A DNA stretch of 63,763 nt, the filler included, from Folioceros fuciformis (lineage: Eukaryota), in assembly GCA_049999805.1 (NCBI GenBank). It is 25 parts of 25 records of this genome, joined end to end, with 100 filler letters (N's around TTAATTAATTAA, not from the genome) between each part and the next. Parts side by side here need not be neighbours in the genome. Positions count along the whole stretch, not along the records: positions 41,091 to 49,476 come from JBNGIO010007038.1; positions 49,577 to 52,319 come from JBNGIO010007039.1; positions 52,420 to 54,065 come from JBNGIO010007040.1; positions 54,166 to 56,098 come from JBNGIO010007041.1; positions 56,199 to 57,979 come from JBNGIO010007042.1; positions 58,080 to 59,253 come from JBNGIO010007043.1; positions 59,354 to 60,890 come from JBNGIO010007044.1; 18 more parts are not named here. One strand, given 5' to 3'. The notes under the pieces were generated by a model. The model was given only the letters and a program-made list of their open reading frames with translations. It did not search any database and was not told where the DNA came from. Position numbers and translations under genes: made by a program. This document shows positions 49,278 to 60,890 of this stretch, in pieces (within the stretch, counting starts at the first letter, position 1; each line of letters starts with the position of its first letter).

Positions 49278-49470
49278 ATGGTGCTGCTGTCGTCGAACGA
49301 GGGCATTGAGGACAAGGCATTTTTGGTGACAGGAGGAGCTGGATTCGTGGGCGCGGCCCTTTGTCTGGAACTTGTCCGCCGGGGTGCTTCAAAGGTTACG
49401 TCCCTGGACTTGTCCAAGACCTCGTCTTGGCTTCCTAAGCTTCGTGCTCACGGCGTGGTGTGCATCACCG
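49278..49470 (+). CDS. SDR42E1-like / 3-beta-hydroxysteroid dehydrogenase family, first exon
   Basis: MVLLSSNEGIEDKAFLVTGGAGFVGAALCLELVRRGA (Rossmann TGGxGxxG motif), followed by a GT donor. Confidence 0.85.
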
Positions 49471-49869
49471 GTAATGNNNNNNNNNNNNNNNNNNNNNNNN
49501 NNNNNNNNNNNNNNNNNNNNTTAATTAATTAANNNNNNNNNNNNNNNNNNNNNNNNNNNNNNNNNNNNNNNNNNNNCTTAAAGTCCTTACTACTTGCTCA
49601 AGGTTTAGATCATCAAAAGAAAAATGATTACAAGTCAAGTCTCACTACAAAACTATGCAAAAGGGTTAAAAACGATCAAAATGAATCTTTTATACATAAT
49701 AAAATCCAAAAGAAGTAAAAATAAGAAAGAAAACCTATAAAACCTTGAAGCCATGGCGGGCACAAGTGCACGCAATTGCCTAAAAAAACGGGATTTTCAG
49801 GTTTTCGGTATTTTTTAGGATTTTTTTGACTAGTATGTGCTTAAAATATGTGTTAGCTATTTAATCAAG

Positions 49870-50010
49870 CGCACTTGTGCACGTTAGTGTGGTCATGGTG
49901 CACACTCGTGCACACCAACCGAGTCATGGCGCACATTTGTGCGTACCAACCGAGTCATGGCTTGCAGAAATACATAGCAACTCGGTCATGGTGCACACTT
50001 GTGAGAATGG
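49870..50010. repeat. Degenerate ~31-bp tandem repeats (GTCATGG..GCACA..TGTGC..ACCAACCGA), TE subterminal-like
   Basis: GTCATGG recurs near 49893, 49923, 49954 and 49985. Confidence 0.65.
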
Positions 50011-50749
50011 GTTTGCTCAAAGCAAGAACTTGTGTGCGGTGATTTGCTCCTAGGCCAGACTTTTGTGCAACAATTGGTTCTTAGCGAGGACTTGAAAATG
50101 CCACTTGGCTTCCAACCCGCACTTCTAGATACCAATAGATTGATTTAAAATCTCCTAAACGTGGGAAGATAAAACGATTATGAAACTCTATGATTCGAAT
50201 CCATAGCCCCTTGATCAACCGTTTTTGGAGTCATTTAAGGTTGTTTCAATATCTTGAACATCACTTCAATATCTCTTCAACACTCAATACTGAAGCAGAA
50301 GAGGAAGAAGGGAGGTGCTCGACTAGCAATGTCTTGGAATTGCTTTGAGTTCTATAGCATGTTATGATGGTTTTATGTGCATAGCGCACACTTGGGCGCA
50401 CCATGCCTCATAGTGGGCACGTACTTGTGCGCGCCATGAAAGCCTCTAGGTTTTGTATCTTTGAGACCTGTTGTTTGAAAGTAATAACACACTCGAAGAA
50501 AATCAGGGTTTCTGGGAACAAAGATTATGAATGGCCATTCAAAATCATATGTGGACATAAATCTAATACATTCGTGCCCCATCATATCGTTCATGATGTG
50601 ATTGCATCGTGATGAGTGCTTGTTGTCTTCATTTTGCAACTTACAAGAACTCGCAAAAACCAAGTGCAATGTCTGGAATGGTCATTTACCGTTTGGATTT
50701 AGAACAAAACCTCATTTCTATGGACAAGCCGAACTATTTCAAACGGCGT

Positions 50750-51400
50750 TACATGCATAATTGCCTGAAACTTGGCAGTGTATGGGGTGACACCATTGGG
50801 AACAATTCTGTGGCCCAGGTACATCACAATGCTCATGCAAAACTCGCACTTGGCTGGGTGGCATGTAAGTTGTGCGTGCCGTAGCCTTACAAGTAGGTCA
50901 TCTAGGTGCACTAGATGATCCTCAAAGTTCATGTTACAATGTAGCACATGAGATGGTTGGCTCCAACTAGCACTATGTATATGATGCGCTGGAAGGTCAC
51001 CGGCGCATTCTTGAATGCAAAGGGCATCACCTGTCATTCCCATAGCCGTTGAGAGCCATGGATGGTTGTCTTCTTGATATCGTCAGCTGCCACTGGGACC
51101 TGGTTAAACCCATGTCGTTGGTCCAACATGGAGAAGAACACAGATTGTCCAATACGGTCAAAGATCTCCTCTGGTGTTGGCATTAGATACCGATCCTGGG
51201 CAGGTACTATGTTGATGGGCTTGTAATCATCACATATGCTCTTCTCAGTCCACATACCCTACCTATCCTTTTTGGGTGGCATCACGGTGGCAACAACGTA
51301 GTCACTATTAAAGGGATGTATCAGGCCTGCCTCATATAGTTCCTTGCATCTTGCATTCATCATGTCCCATCTTACTCAACTTGTACCGTCACATGTATAT
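50750..51400 (-). mobile_element. Degenerate Ty3/Gypsy reverse transcriptase fragment
   Basis: DYKPIN...DRYLMPTPEEIFDRIGQSVFFSMLD..HGFNQV...DIKKTT, MPFAFKNAP and FEDHLVHL...HPAKCEF...YLGHRI, with stops and frameshifts. Confidence 0.88.
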
Positions 51401-51499
51401 AGGCTCTTGGGTGGTAAGGTTGATATTAATTTAGAATAATTACTCTTTTGATGTGTTGTCCTAAACTATTCATTTCTACCACACCCACTCAACACTTCA

Positions 51500-51810
51500 A
51501 TTGTATTCCCTTAAACCAAGCATCTTGCTAAACCTAGCATGCTTGTCTAAACTCAAGCCTTTAGTGAAGATATCTGTCGGCATGTCTTCTATTGGACGAT
51601 ACTCCACTTGTACCTCCTTTTCTCCCTAATAAAGTGTTGCTTCACCTCAATGTGCTTTGTCCTTCCATGAAATGTAGCATTCTTGGTTAAGAAGATGGAA
51701 CTTTGATTGTCATTGAAGATTGTTGTCGGCTCACTTTGTTTGTAGCCCAACTCTTCTAATAGACCATGCAAGCATATTGCTTCCATGGCTACATAGCATA
51801 CTATCATCAT
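51500..51810 (-). mobile_element. Degenerate Ty1/Copia RNase H fragment
   Basis: EAICLHGLLEELG...PTTIFNDNQSSIFLTKNATFHGRTKHIEVKQHFIRE, then DIFTKGL. Confidence 0.85.
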
Positions 51811-52718
51811 ACTGAAAGTGAGCTTAAGGGTGGATAAGCCACGAAAAACAATTAACCTTTAAACCAATTAGTTTAGGATAAAGCTATTCAAATATCGACA
51901 ACTAGTAAATGCTAAATGGTAATTAGTAAACACCAAACGATAACTAGAGGACAAAAATCAAGGCATGCTTGCAGCTGCTTTATTGAAGCCCGTGGGCTCA
52001 CATCGAGAATGTGAGCCTACCCGGATGGTTATGACTCAAAGAGGCAAGCCCCGCACCAGAATCGCCAACACCAACCATGGCTGCCATACTAAACCCTGAA
52101 GATGGAGACAAAGGCGATATGTCGTTAAAGTTGCACCGAGGGAGAGTGCCCGTTGCTATCTTAGAAACTCAAGTACTTTCGTTTTTCCAGCTAGATATGG
52201 GCTTAAGGGTTGCAAGAATTGATGTTTATGTGTGTGGAGTGGAACTTGCATCCAAGAACCACCAAGGGCCACACTTCCCCTTGTTATCGTCGTAGTACTA
52301 GGATTCGCTCCCAAGGGAGNNNNNNNNNNNNNNNNNNNNNNNNNNNNNNNNNNNNNNNNNNNNTTAATTAATTAANNNNNNNNNNNNNNNNNNNNNNNNN
52401 NNNNNNNNNNNNNNNNNNNCATGTGTATACACGGGCAGTCAGTAAGGGAGCGAGACAAGACTCAAACCCAGCCCTAACAACCAGTTACGTGTTGTATGTC
52501 GTCTTAGATACTCGCAATTGGACGCGATTGGCTTAAGCTCGTCCGGTGATCCCGTGGCAAGAGGCGCATGGTTGCCACGGTAGTGGCTCATAAGGCGAGC
52601 AGCAGTACGGGCCAGTTTTCACACTCCACAGCATTAGCAGCAGCGGAGCCGAAAGCAGCAGAGCGAGCGACGAGGACGAAGAGGAGCAGGGCGCAGAAGA
52701 GCAGGCAGGCAGGCAGGG

Positions 52719-53684
52719 ATGGGGATCAAGGAGACGGAGGAAGGAGGGATGCGGGTTCTGCAACCCTCACGGCGGGCCGGGCTGCTCAGTGCAGTAGCTT
52801 TGCTGGTGTGGCTGGGGGGCATTCACCTGAATTTCGTAATCTTGTTGGTGGCGGTGGCGTACCTGCCCAGCGCCATGGGCTGGGCCATGCTGGCCCTGCT
52901 GGTGCTGCTCACGGTGGCGCCAATCGCCCCTGATTGGGAACCAGGACAGCGGCTTGCGCGCTTCATCAGCGACTACGCCCCCGCGCACTTCCCCATCAAG
53001 GTGGTGATGGAGGAGGAAGGCGCGTTCGACCCGTCCCGGGCGTACGTGATCGCGGCAGAGCCGCACAGCGTGCTGCCCATCGGGATCGTGGTCCTGACTT
53101 CGCACTCGGGCTTCCTCCCCTTCACCAACATCCGGTGCCTAGCTTCGTCCGCCGTCTTCTACACCCCGGTGGTCCGGCACGTGTGGTCGTGGCTGGGCCT
53201 GGTGCCCGCCACCAAATCCCACTTCCGCCGTCTCCTGTCCGCGGGCACGTCGTGCATCATAGTCCCCGGCGGAGTGCGCGAGTGCCTCTACATGGAGCGC
53301 GGCTACGAGGTGCTCTACCTCAAGCAGAGGTTCGGCTTCGTGCGCTTCGCCATCGAGACGGGCGCGCCCCTGGTGCCCGCCTTCTGCTTCGGCCAATCCA
53401 GCGTGTACCGGTGGTGGAAGCCCAGCGGGGCTCTGTACGACCGCCTGTCGCGCGCCATCGGCTTCACGCCCCTCATGTTCTGGGGCATCCTGGGCTCGCC
53501 CATCCCCTACCGCACTCCCATGTACTTCGTGGTCGGGAAGCCCATCCCCGTGGACAGGGTGGCTTCTCCGTCGCGCGACCAGGTGGCCGCCGTCCACCAG
53601 CAGTACCTCGAGGCCATTCGCCGTCTGTTTGACAAGTACAAGGCCACCGCTGGCCACCAGGACACGCAGCTCCACATTTACTGA
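52719..53684 (+). CDS. DGAT2: Diacylglycerol O-acyltransferase 2 (DAGAT family), intronless, complete
   Basis: Two N-terminal TM helices, EPHSVLP, IIVPGGVRE, RFGFVRFAIETGAPLVPAFCFGQ and VVGKPIPV. Confidence 0.92.
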   Translation: MGIKETEEGGMRVLQPSRRAGLLSAVALLVWLGGIHLNFVILLVAVAYLPSAMGWAMLALLVLLTVAPIAPDWEPGQRLARFISDYAPAHFPIKVVMEEEGAFDPSRAYVIAAEPHSVLPIGIVVLTSHSGFLPFTNIRCLASSAVFYTPVVRHVWSWLGLVPATKSHFRRLLSAGTSCIIVPGGVRECLYMERGYEVLYLKQRFGFVRFAIETGAPLVPAFCFGQSSVYRWWKPSGALYDRLSRAIGFTPLMFWGILGSPIPYRTPMYFVVGKPIPVDRVASPSRDQVAAVHQQYLEAIRRLFDKYKATAGHQDTQLHIY

Positions 53685-56255
53685 CAATCCACTACTTCTC
53701 TTCCCTCCCCCTCCCGTGCATACCTCTTTCCTTCCGTAGACATGTAATACACTCGGCTCCGCAGTCACCGCCTACCTCTCCCCCTTCCATCAATTCACCG
53801 AGCCCGTCGGGGTCTCTAAAAATTTTGGCGGGAAGCTTCGGTAGAAAAGAGCAAGGGAAATGTGGAACGCTTGCTTTTGGTGGCCTTCTACTCGAGAGGG
53901 TTGTATGGATCACGAAGATTCTTTCATGTATGATTCTTGAGCAAACGAGAACAGCAATGTTGGGCCCTTGTTCCAGCGCTGTGCGGACAAAGTCGATGAT
54001 TTTGCTGCCGTGCGTGTGTCCCTGGACCTAGGAGCTGGCTTTCACGATGTGACGATATGGTAGGGNNNNNNNNNNNNNNNNNNNNNNNNNNNNNNNNNNN
54101 NNNNNNNNNTTAATTAATTAANNNNNNNNNNNNNNNNNNNNNNNNNNNNNNNNNNNNNNNNNNNNGCTGGAAGGTACATGAAATAAGCAAGATGCAATGA
54201 ACAGATATCCTCTCCATCAAGGTGAATGTCTAGCAATCTTTGGAGAGCTTGTTCTCTATATGCATAAATGTGGTTGATTAAGATCAGTATAATTTGCATA
54301 ATCTTCTTTATAGTATGAATCTTGATGAAGTCAAGGAGTTCCTATTGTTTGACAATATCTTGTTCATGTTGTAGAGGACTACTTGATTAAATATGAAAGT
54401 GATTCATTCAAAGTTAGTTCTTGCTTGTTCCATGCTTTGTTCTTAGTTTTCCAACTACATCACATGAATGGAAGTGTTGAGTATAATACATTTGTAAAGA
54501 AGATGACTCATTCACAAACGAGGAGCTCAGATTCCGACGAGCCAGTAATGCTTTCCAACCTCCGATGTTTACACCCTCTTTAGCAGGCTTGAATGCGTTG
54601 CATCTACTTTGTTGTGAATCCTTGTCTTCCAAGTCTTTTTGCAAAAGATTTGTAGGAAAGGTAGCCATCTTGTCTCAGAATGCGAGTTCAAGATTATGGT
54701 GAACTAATCTACAATATAGTATTGTAGTATGAAATAGAACCCTAGAACCTAGAAATTGGCATGTCAGATAGACCACCCATGTAGTGGTCAAACAAGTGCA
54801 AGTTGTGGGCTGTGCATAAATGTTGCTAGCAAGCGTAGTTGGTGATGGGTTCTTGTAATCTAATTCGTTGAGCCAAGAAAAGTGACCGGGAAGCAAGTCT
54901 CTTGCTTTTGAGCTGTCTGCCTTTTCAGATTCGTGTCATGCAAGTCATTGTACTCTGCAACAGAGGCCTGCAACCACACAACTTTACTGAAAGAGAAGGA
55001 CACTTATTGGAGTAAAGGAAAGGACGTGGTAAGGAGTGAGGACAAGCCTGCCCGTCTGGCTGATACAAACCCAACCCGTGGGCTACTCCTTCTAGACCCG
55101 TGCACCCAAGCTGTCCTCGTGCTGGCAGGTTACACCTAGCTTCCTGCCTTCTCCATAGCTTGCATTCGGACAACCCTACAGATATGCATTGTTGAAACCT
55201 TCCTGCCCGAGGGAAAGTGAGTTCATATGGAACGGTGGTACCTAACCTAACCTAACCTGACAGAAAGAAAGCTTAGTCCTCCTTCCCACCTGCCTTCACT
55301 GCAGCTTCATCTAGTGTGTCATGTTTGAATAAAAGTGCCCTCAGCAAACCTGAACTTCATCAAGATTGTATTGTGCGAATGTGAGGTGGATGAATTCTGA
55401 AACATTATTTGAAAGAAAAAAGAACAACAAAAATTGTCATGGGTGTGAGACTATGGGCGTGGCATTAACTCTGCAGATGGGAACCCGAGTGGGCGGGCTA
55501 TGCAATGAAGGGCCAACAGAAGCGATGGAAAACGTATCCTGAGACAGGACGTGAGTAGCGGCAAGGGAAGCGCGCGGCGCTGAGCTGGGGTTGGGGGTTT
55601 AATTTACAAGTCGTGATTGGAGAGAGGGATGATGACCGGGAGATACCGGAAGTCCCGGTCGACAGAAAGTCCAAAAATGGGTCTGCTCCGCGCGCTGCTC
55701 TGCTCTGAGCTGCGCTGCGCTGCCCTTCGCTGCTCTGTGCTGCTCTGCTCTGCGCTGCTCTGTTGTGTTGTCTGCACTGCTCTCCTCTCTCCCCGCCTTC
55801 AAGTTCGCGCTCTCCTCATGTGCTCGACTCTGCGCGAGGAGGAGGTGCAGGCCTGATTGCCTCCTCTCTCCTCCGACCTCCGGGCGCTCCTTTTGTGCGC
55901 GTTCCAGCTTTTTCATGCTTCCTCCTTCCGGAGCTCTCAATTGTGCTGCGCGGCCTCCAGCACTTCCACCCGCTGTTCCTCGAGCTGCCGCACTTCCTGC
56001 TCTCCCTCTCGCTCCCGCTCCCGCCCTGAGAGGTGAGGGCGCACCACCCGTGGGCTCGGATGCGCAGGGCTCGCTGCCCCTCGCCTCCGCGCTGCCCANN
56101 NNNNNNNNNNNNNNNNNNNNNNNNNNNNNNNNNNNNNNNNNNTTAATTAATTAANNNNNNNNNNNNNNNNNNNNNNNNNNNNNNNNNNNNNNNNNNNNCT
56201 GTAGATGATGGCCCCAGCTTGAGAGGCCACAAGAGTCTGGAAGGCGGGCGACGCT

Positions 56256-57937
56256 ATGAGTTTTTTCAAAAAATTGAAGGGCCGGAAGGATCTGGAGGAC
56301 GCGAACGATGGAAACATGAGACCCAGGTCTAAGTCATGGCCATGTCTCGATGTTCCACCCGGTCGTAAGGGCTGCCCTGACTGCCGGCGGCGGGGTGCAT
56401 GCAGGAGGACGGCTGCTATGGCATGTGTCCCATTCCTCTCCTCCTCCGAGGCGGAACCCTCGGGGAAGGTGGAGCTCCAGGTAGCCTTGTCTCCTGCCGG
56501 AAGCATGGATCGTCTTGAGGCGTTGAGGGAAGCGGAGCTTTTGCACAGCTTGAGGGACGAGTTGGCAGGGGCATCGGGGATGCTCCCGGCGGAATCCAGC
56601 AGACACATGGATGCTGAGTACGTCGAGAATATCTTGCAGCAGAACCTTGCTTTGCGCAACAACTTTGAGAGGGTACTTGCGCCACTCTCCTGTGTGACTG
56701 GTCGGCCTGACGGTTTTACAGTGCTCACGAGCTCTTGACATTTCTCTCTGCCTGTCATTGCAGCTCAAGGAGCTATTTCTGCTGCTTGCGGATGTTAACA
56801 ACGAGTTGGAGGAGGAACTGGTGCAGGTTCAAGAGTGCAAAGTACTATTCTAGAAGCCTTCTCCACACCTTGGTGTCAAGAATCTGAGTAAGTCCAGGTC
56901 TGGCTAGGCTGTGCACTCGTGTCCCAGTTAATCTAGTTCATGCTGGATGCCTAAAGAGTGGAATGCCTGTGTTACCAGGAGGAAGCCAGAGATAGCTGGA
57001 ATGACCTCCAATGTGTACAACAGAAAATGGATGACCAGGTACTGGTTCAAGTGAAATCTATGATGTGTCCCGCTTCCCTCAACGTATCATTACCCTTTTA
57101 TGTCTCGGGTTTGCGGTGTCATCTGCGTTTGACAGGTGGGAGTTTTGTTTGACAGGCTCGGGCTCATGCCCACGAGGTTAGTGCATGGGAGAAAAAGTGC
57201 GAGCAGGCCAACTGTATGGACATCAGTCATTGTCTACTGTGTTAAGTGTGTCTAGCTTGAAGAACGTCCCTACGCGCACCTCAGACGTAGCACAAAACCA
57301 AGAAGCAGTCGTGTGCACCAATTGATTGCAGCCTCAATAGGCGAGACACTGGCGAGGACTAAGGAGTTGGAGAAGGAGATTGCACATCTGAAGATGGAAA
57401 ACAAGGATCTCATGGACAAGTCGGAGAGCCTACGGTAGCTCCTTTTGAAAACGGGTCTCTCATGAGCTGCATGGCTAATAAGGGCTGACAGCTATTGGCA
57501 AACCCTGACATGGCTAAGGACTGCTGACAGAAGGGAGAAGGATCAAGCAGTTATTGAAAGGCATGCAATGGAGTTGGAACATGCAAAAGAAATTGTTGCC
57601 CTGAAGTTGGAGGACAAAACTTGTCGCCAACAAGCAGGTGACCTCACTCAGAAGGTTGGCATAAGAACTGGAAAGATGTCTGCTTAATCTGTCACCAAGG
57701 ACAGCTTGATGGCCCAACTCTGACTTGTTTGGACCACAAGTGGTACGGAACTCGTTGTTGATGCATGTGACTGCGCTTTGCTTGCAGTGCATGTATTTGC
57801 AATCGCAGCTTGACAGTGCTGTAGCATCGGGGGCAGCTGCCCACGAACATTTTCTTAGCTTGATATATCAAAAGGATGCAGCTATTGCCAACTTGGAAGA
57901 AACAAGGCACACACTCGAGTTAGTGGAGTCCAATTAG
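56256..57937 (+). CDS. Uncharacterised coiled-coil protein, ~7 exons
   Basis: In-frame GT-AG spliced exons: ...ENILQQNLALRNNFER / LKELFLLLADVNNELEEELVQ / EEARDSWNDLQ... / TKELEKEIAHLKMENKDL / ...QKDAAIANLEETRHTLELVESN*. Confidence 0.6.
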
Positions 57938-58079
57938 GGAATGGCTCTAGTCGCGTTTGCTGAGTTCATGTGCTGTATTNNNNNNNNNNNNNNNNNNNNN
58001 NNNNNNNNNNNNNNNNNNNNNNNTTAATTAATTAANNNNNNNNNNNNNNNNNNNNNNNNNNNNNNNNNNNNNNNNNNNN

Positions 58080-59253
58080 GAGGTATCTTAAGGGTACCAG
58101 AAACTATGGACTTCGATATCGCAAAGGTCCAACAGTCAAGACTCTGTTTCTGCAAGGCTACACAGATGCTGACTGGGGAGGTGATCCAGACACACGAAGG
58201 TTAGTGTCTGCTTACTGTTTCACTCTTGCTGGAGCGGCAATTTCCTGGTAGTCGAAGAAGCAGACCTTCGTCAGCACCTCCACAATAGAAGCTAAGTACG
58301 AAGCAGCTGCAGAGAGCTGCAAGGAGGCTGTTGCTAATCGCAGGCTCCTGGCTGATATTTCTCAAGAGCAGACTGAACCAATGCCAGTGTACTGCAACAA
58401 CCAGTCGGCACTACTTCTGGCCAGTAATCCTGTTTACCACGCACGTACAAAGCACATAGATCTGCATCTTCATTATGTTAGATAGTCTGTTACACGTAGA
58501 GAGGTTGCACTTATCTACGTGCCCATAGATGCAAATTATGCAGACCTGGTTACAAAACCATTAAGCCGAGAACGGCATGAGTCTCATGTCTAGAGCTTAG
58601 GGATGATAGACACCACACCGCTCCTGGCACATGCTCTGAAGCCAAGTTAGGTCAGTCCGTGTCATAGTCTAATTCTGACCAATTCATGTAGGTGCTAGGT
58701 CTAGAGTCGGGTTTCCATAGAGAGCTTTCACACCCAGAGTCGCTGCCAGAAGTCATGTAGGTGCATTCCCGCAAGTACCCTGACATCTGGAAGACCTGCA
58801 ATTCCGTAACTGCAAATTACAAGCACTTTGTATCAAGCCACAGAAGCGGATCTTGCTAACATTCCAGACAATGGAGAAAGGAGAACCACTCACCTTTAGC
58901 ATCAGCTCAGAAGTGTCCTGGTCTCGATACTGGTTTAGAGGGCCAACGGCAGTCGGCTTCCAGCCACCACAGAAAACACGAGAGCAACATCGCGAGCAAG
59001 CTGTCGTAGGCAGTAATCAAAGTCGGCGCGAAATTAGGTTAGAAAACATGCGTCTAAGAGGGAGTGTCAAGGGCCTAAGTGTTTGGGCCTTAGGCATTAA
59101 GTAGCCGCATATCATAACCTAAACCTAACCGCCACCAGGACCAACCGCTGCCGGGTATGACGGTTGAGCCAAGGGACACATCCCTAGACTTGGATGTGTC
59201 CGCTGACCCTTATGTATCGCACTACTCTTCCGTCAGTTCCTCCAGAACTGCCT
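58080..59253 (+). mobile_element. Ty1/Copia 3' end: disrupted RT/RNase H, 3' UTR, polypurine tract and start of the 3' LTR
   Basis: RYLKGT..YGL, GYTDADWGGDPDTR, HARTKHIDL and ADLVTKPL, with in-frame TAGs at 58249, 58483 and 58591. AAGAGGGAG (59056-59064) is followed by TGTCAA at 59065. Confidence 0.9.
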
Positions 59254-60023
59254 NNNNNNNNNNNNNNNNNNNNNNNNNNNNNNNNNNNNNNNNNNNNTTA
59301 ATTAATTAANNNNNNNNNNNNNNNNNNNNNNNNNNNNNNNNNNNNNNNNNNNNTACGCGCGTATGCTTGTATGGATGTGCGAGGGCTTTTATTTCCTTCA
59401 CTCTGCGAGTATACGGTCCTGGGTAGTCGTGATGGAGACGATGACTGTGGGAATGTACTACGTGGTTGGCGGAGCGGATGAGGCGTTGGCGTGACAAGCA
59501 ACCGCCGAGGGTTCGAAATCGTGTTACGCCAGTGCTTGATGATGAGCACCACTCAGCAACAACGTCCCCGCTGACAGGGATTGGAGGTCGGCTTACTTGG
59601 TAAAGCCAAGCAAGCAGCCATGATAGTGCTCCGGATAGGCAACGGCCTCAGACGGGCCGGACCGCCCGCGGGTGGGAAATGATCGGCCCATATCGGGCCG
59701 CTTACTGCATCAGCGTACGGCGTGCTTCCTGGCCGTGAGATGCGCTGCAAGCAGCGATCGGGCCGTGACAGGCGTCACATGGCCGTCGAGGTCGGGGGAT
59801 GCTGTGAGCGGTTCTTTGTGGACAGAGGAGAGAGAAAGGGTCCACAGCGCGAGGTCCCGAGGAAGGACCTTTGCTGCCGTCGTACGACGGTGGCTCTGTG
59901 CCACCTTCGTTGCCTGCTTCCGCTGTTACATGGAGTGCGGATAGACGATGCCGCCGCTGCATTAAAAGCGTCCCAAGTTAGGGTTCGTGCCAAGTGAAGT
60001 GAAGGCTAGGGAAGAGGTAGTTT

Positions 60024-60890
60024 TTATTCCTTGTGATTGTGTCCAGGACATGGAACGACCTTAGAGTAGTCTGGGGGACACTGAACTGCTTTGGTTTGCG
60101 GAGGTTCCCAGCCGCACTTATAACACGGTGGAATGCCTCCAGGGAAGTCTAACATCCAGCCATTAAGAGGACCTAGTCCTCTTCTATCCACGAGTACCAC
60201 ACATCGCATTTCAGCATTTTTGAAAGGGGTGTGTAGTACTTGTTGAACTGCTGGTGAGCAATCTTGTGGGAAAAGGCTGAGAAGGTGTCTCAAAAATCCA
60301 GTATGACTCACTACAGCAATTCTTGCTTCATCTCTAGCGAGCAACCACTGTAAGAACGTTGTTGCACGAGCGTTGCATTCCTCATCTGTTTCCTTCTCGG
60401 TGGTTTTTAGCAATGGGTCTACATCTGCAATTACACTTGCAAAGTTGATTGCAGGGAAGGCGAGTTTTGATTCTGAGATAGGTCTTCTAGTGTCACAAGG
60501 ATGAAGCTGGTAAAACTCTCTGCAAAGGTCAGTAGCTACAAATGGGGGACAGGCATTGCTAGACACAGGGGCATGTGTGACACCTCCAATGTCAGGTAGC
60601 ATTAAGGGAAGATTATTATCTCCCTCCATGATATCACCCCCTCCAAAGGATCCCACTGCTGTTTGCATTGTTCTTGTCAAAGGAGAGGTGATGACTACCT
60701 CTATAGAGTAGAGGAGACATTTATCTAAAATGTGTTGTCGCAAGCCAGCAACCTGTTGCCACCCTAATGGTGTAAGACTTGCATCCAAATATTCACAAGA
60801 GGCATATGCATTGGAATCTCTTTCCAATGCAGCATTGTGAAAACCTTGAGCATGTCTTACAAGGTATAAAGTTTTACTTCTGCATAGAGG
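60024..60890 (-). CDS. Phosphoglycerate mutase-like histidine phosphatase, 5'-partial, no introns in visible part
   Basis: KTLYLVRHAQGFHN, DASLTPLGWQQ, ITSPLTRTMQTA, HPCDTRR and IAVVSHTGFL. Confidence 0.9.
   Translation of the reverse strand, partial: PLCRSKTLYLVRHAQGFHNAALERDSNAYASCEYLDASLTPLGWQQVAGLRQHILDKCLLYSIEVVITSPLTRTMQTAVGSFGGGDIMEGDNNLPLMLPDIGGVTHAPVSSNACPPFVATDLCREFYQLHPCDTRRPISESKLAFPAINFASVIADVDPLLKTTEKETDEECNARATTFLQWLLARDEARIAVVSHTGFLRHLLSLFPQDCSPAVQQVLHTPFKNAEMRCVVLVDRRGLGPLNGWMLDFPGGIPPCYKCGWEPPQTKAVQCPPDYSKVVPCPGHNHKE

Noticed and set aside
41965-49476. PPR-RBL13-SVR1-SDR cluster as a functional organellar RNA-modification operon
   Set aside because: Tight spacing is expected in a compact genome. 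Orientations are mixed and there is no evidence of co-regulation.
52934-53768. Long alternative-frame and antisense ORFs over DGAT2 (likewise over PPO, CHY1, NFRKB and the PPR gene)
   Set aside because: Shadow ORFs caused by high GC3 in the real genes.
55599-56098. GC-rich ORFs at the end of the 54166-56098 contig
   Set aside because: Low-complexity (CTGCT)n sequence; no frame can be preferred.
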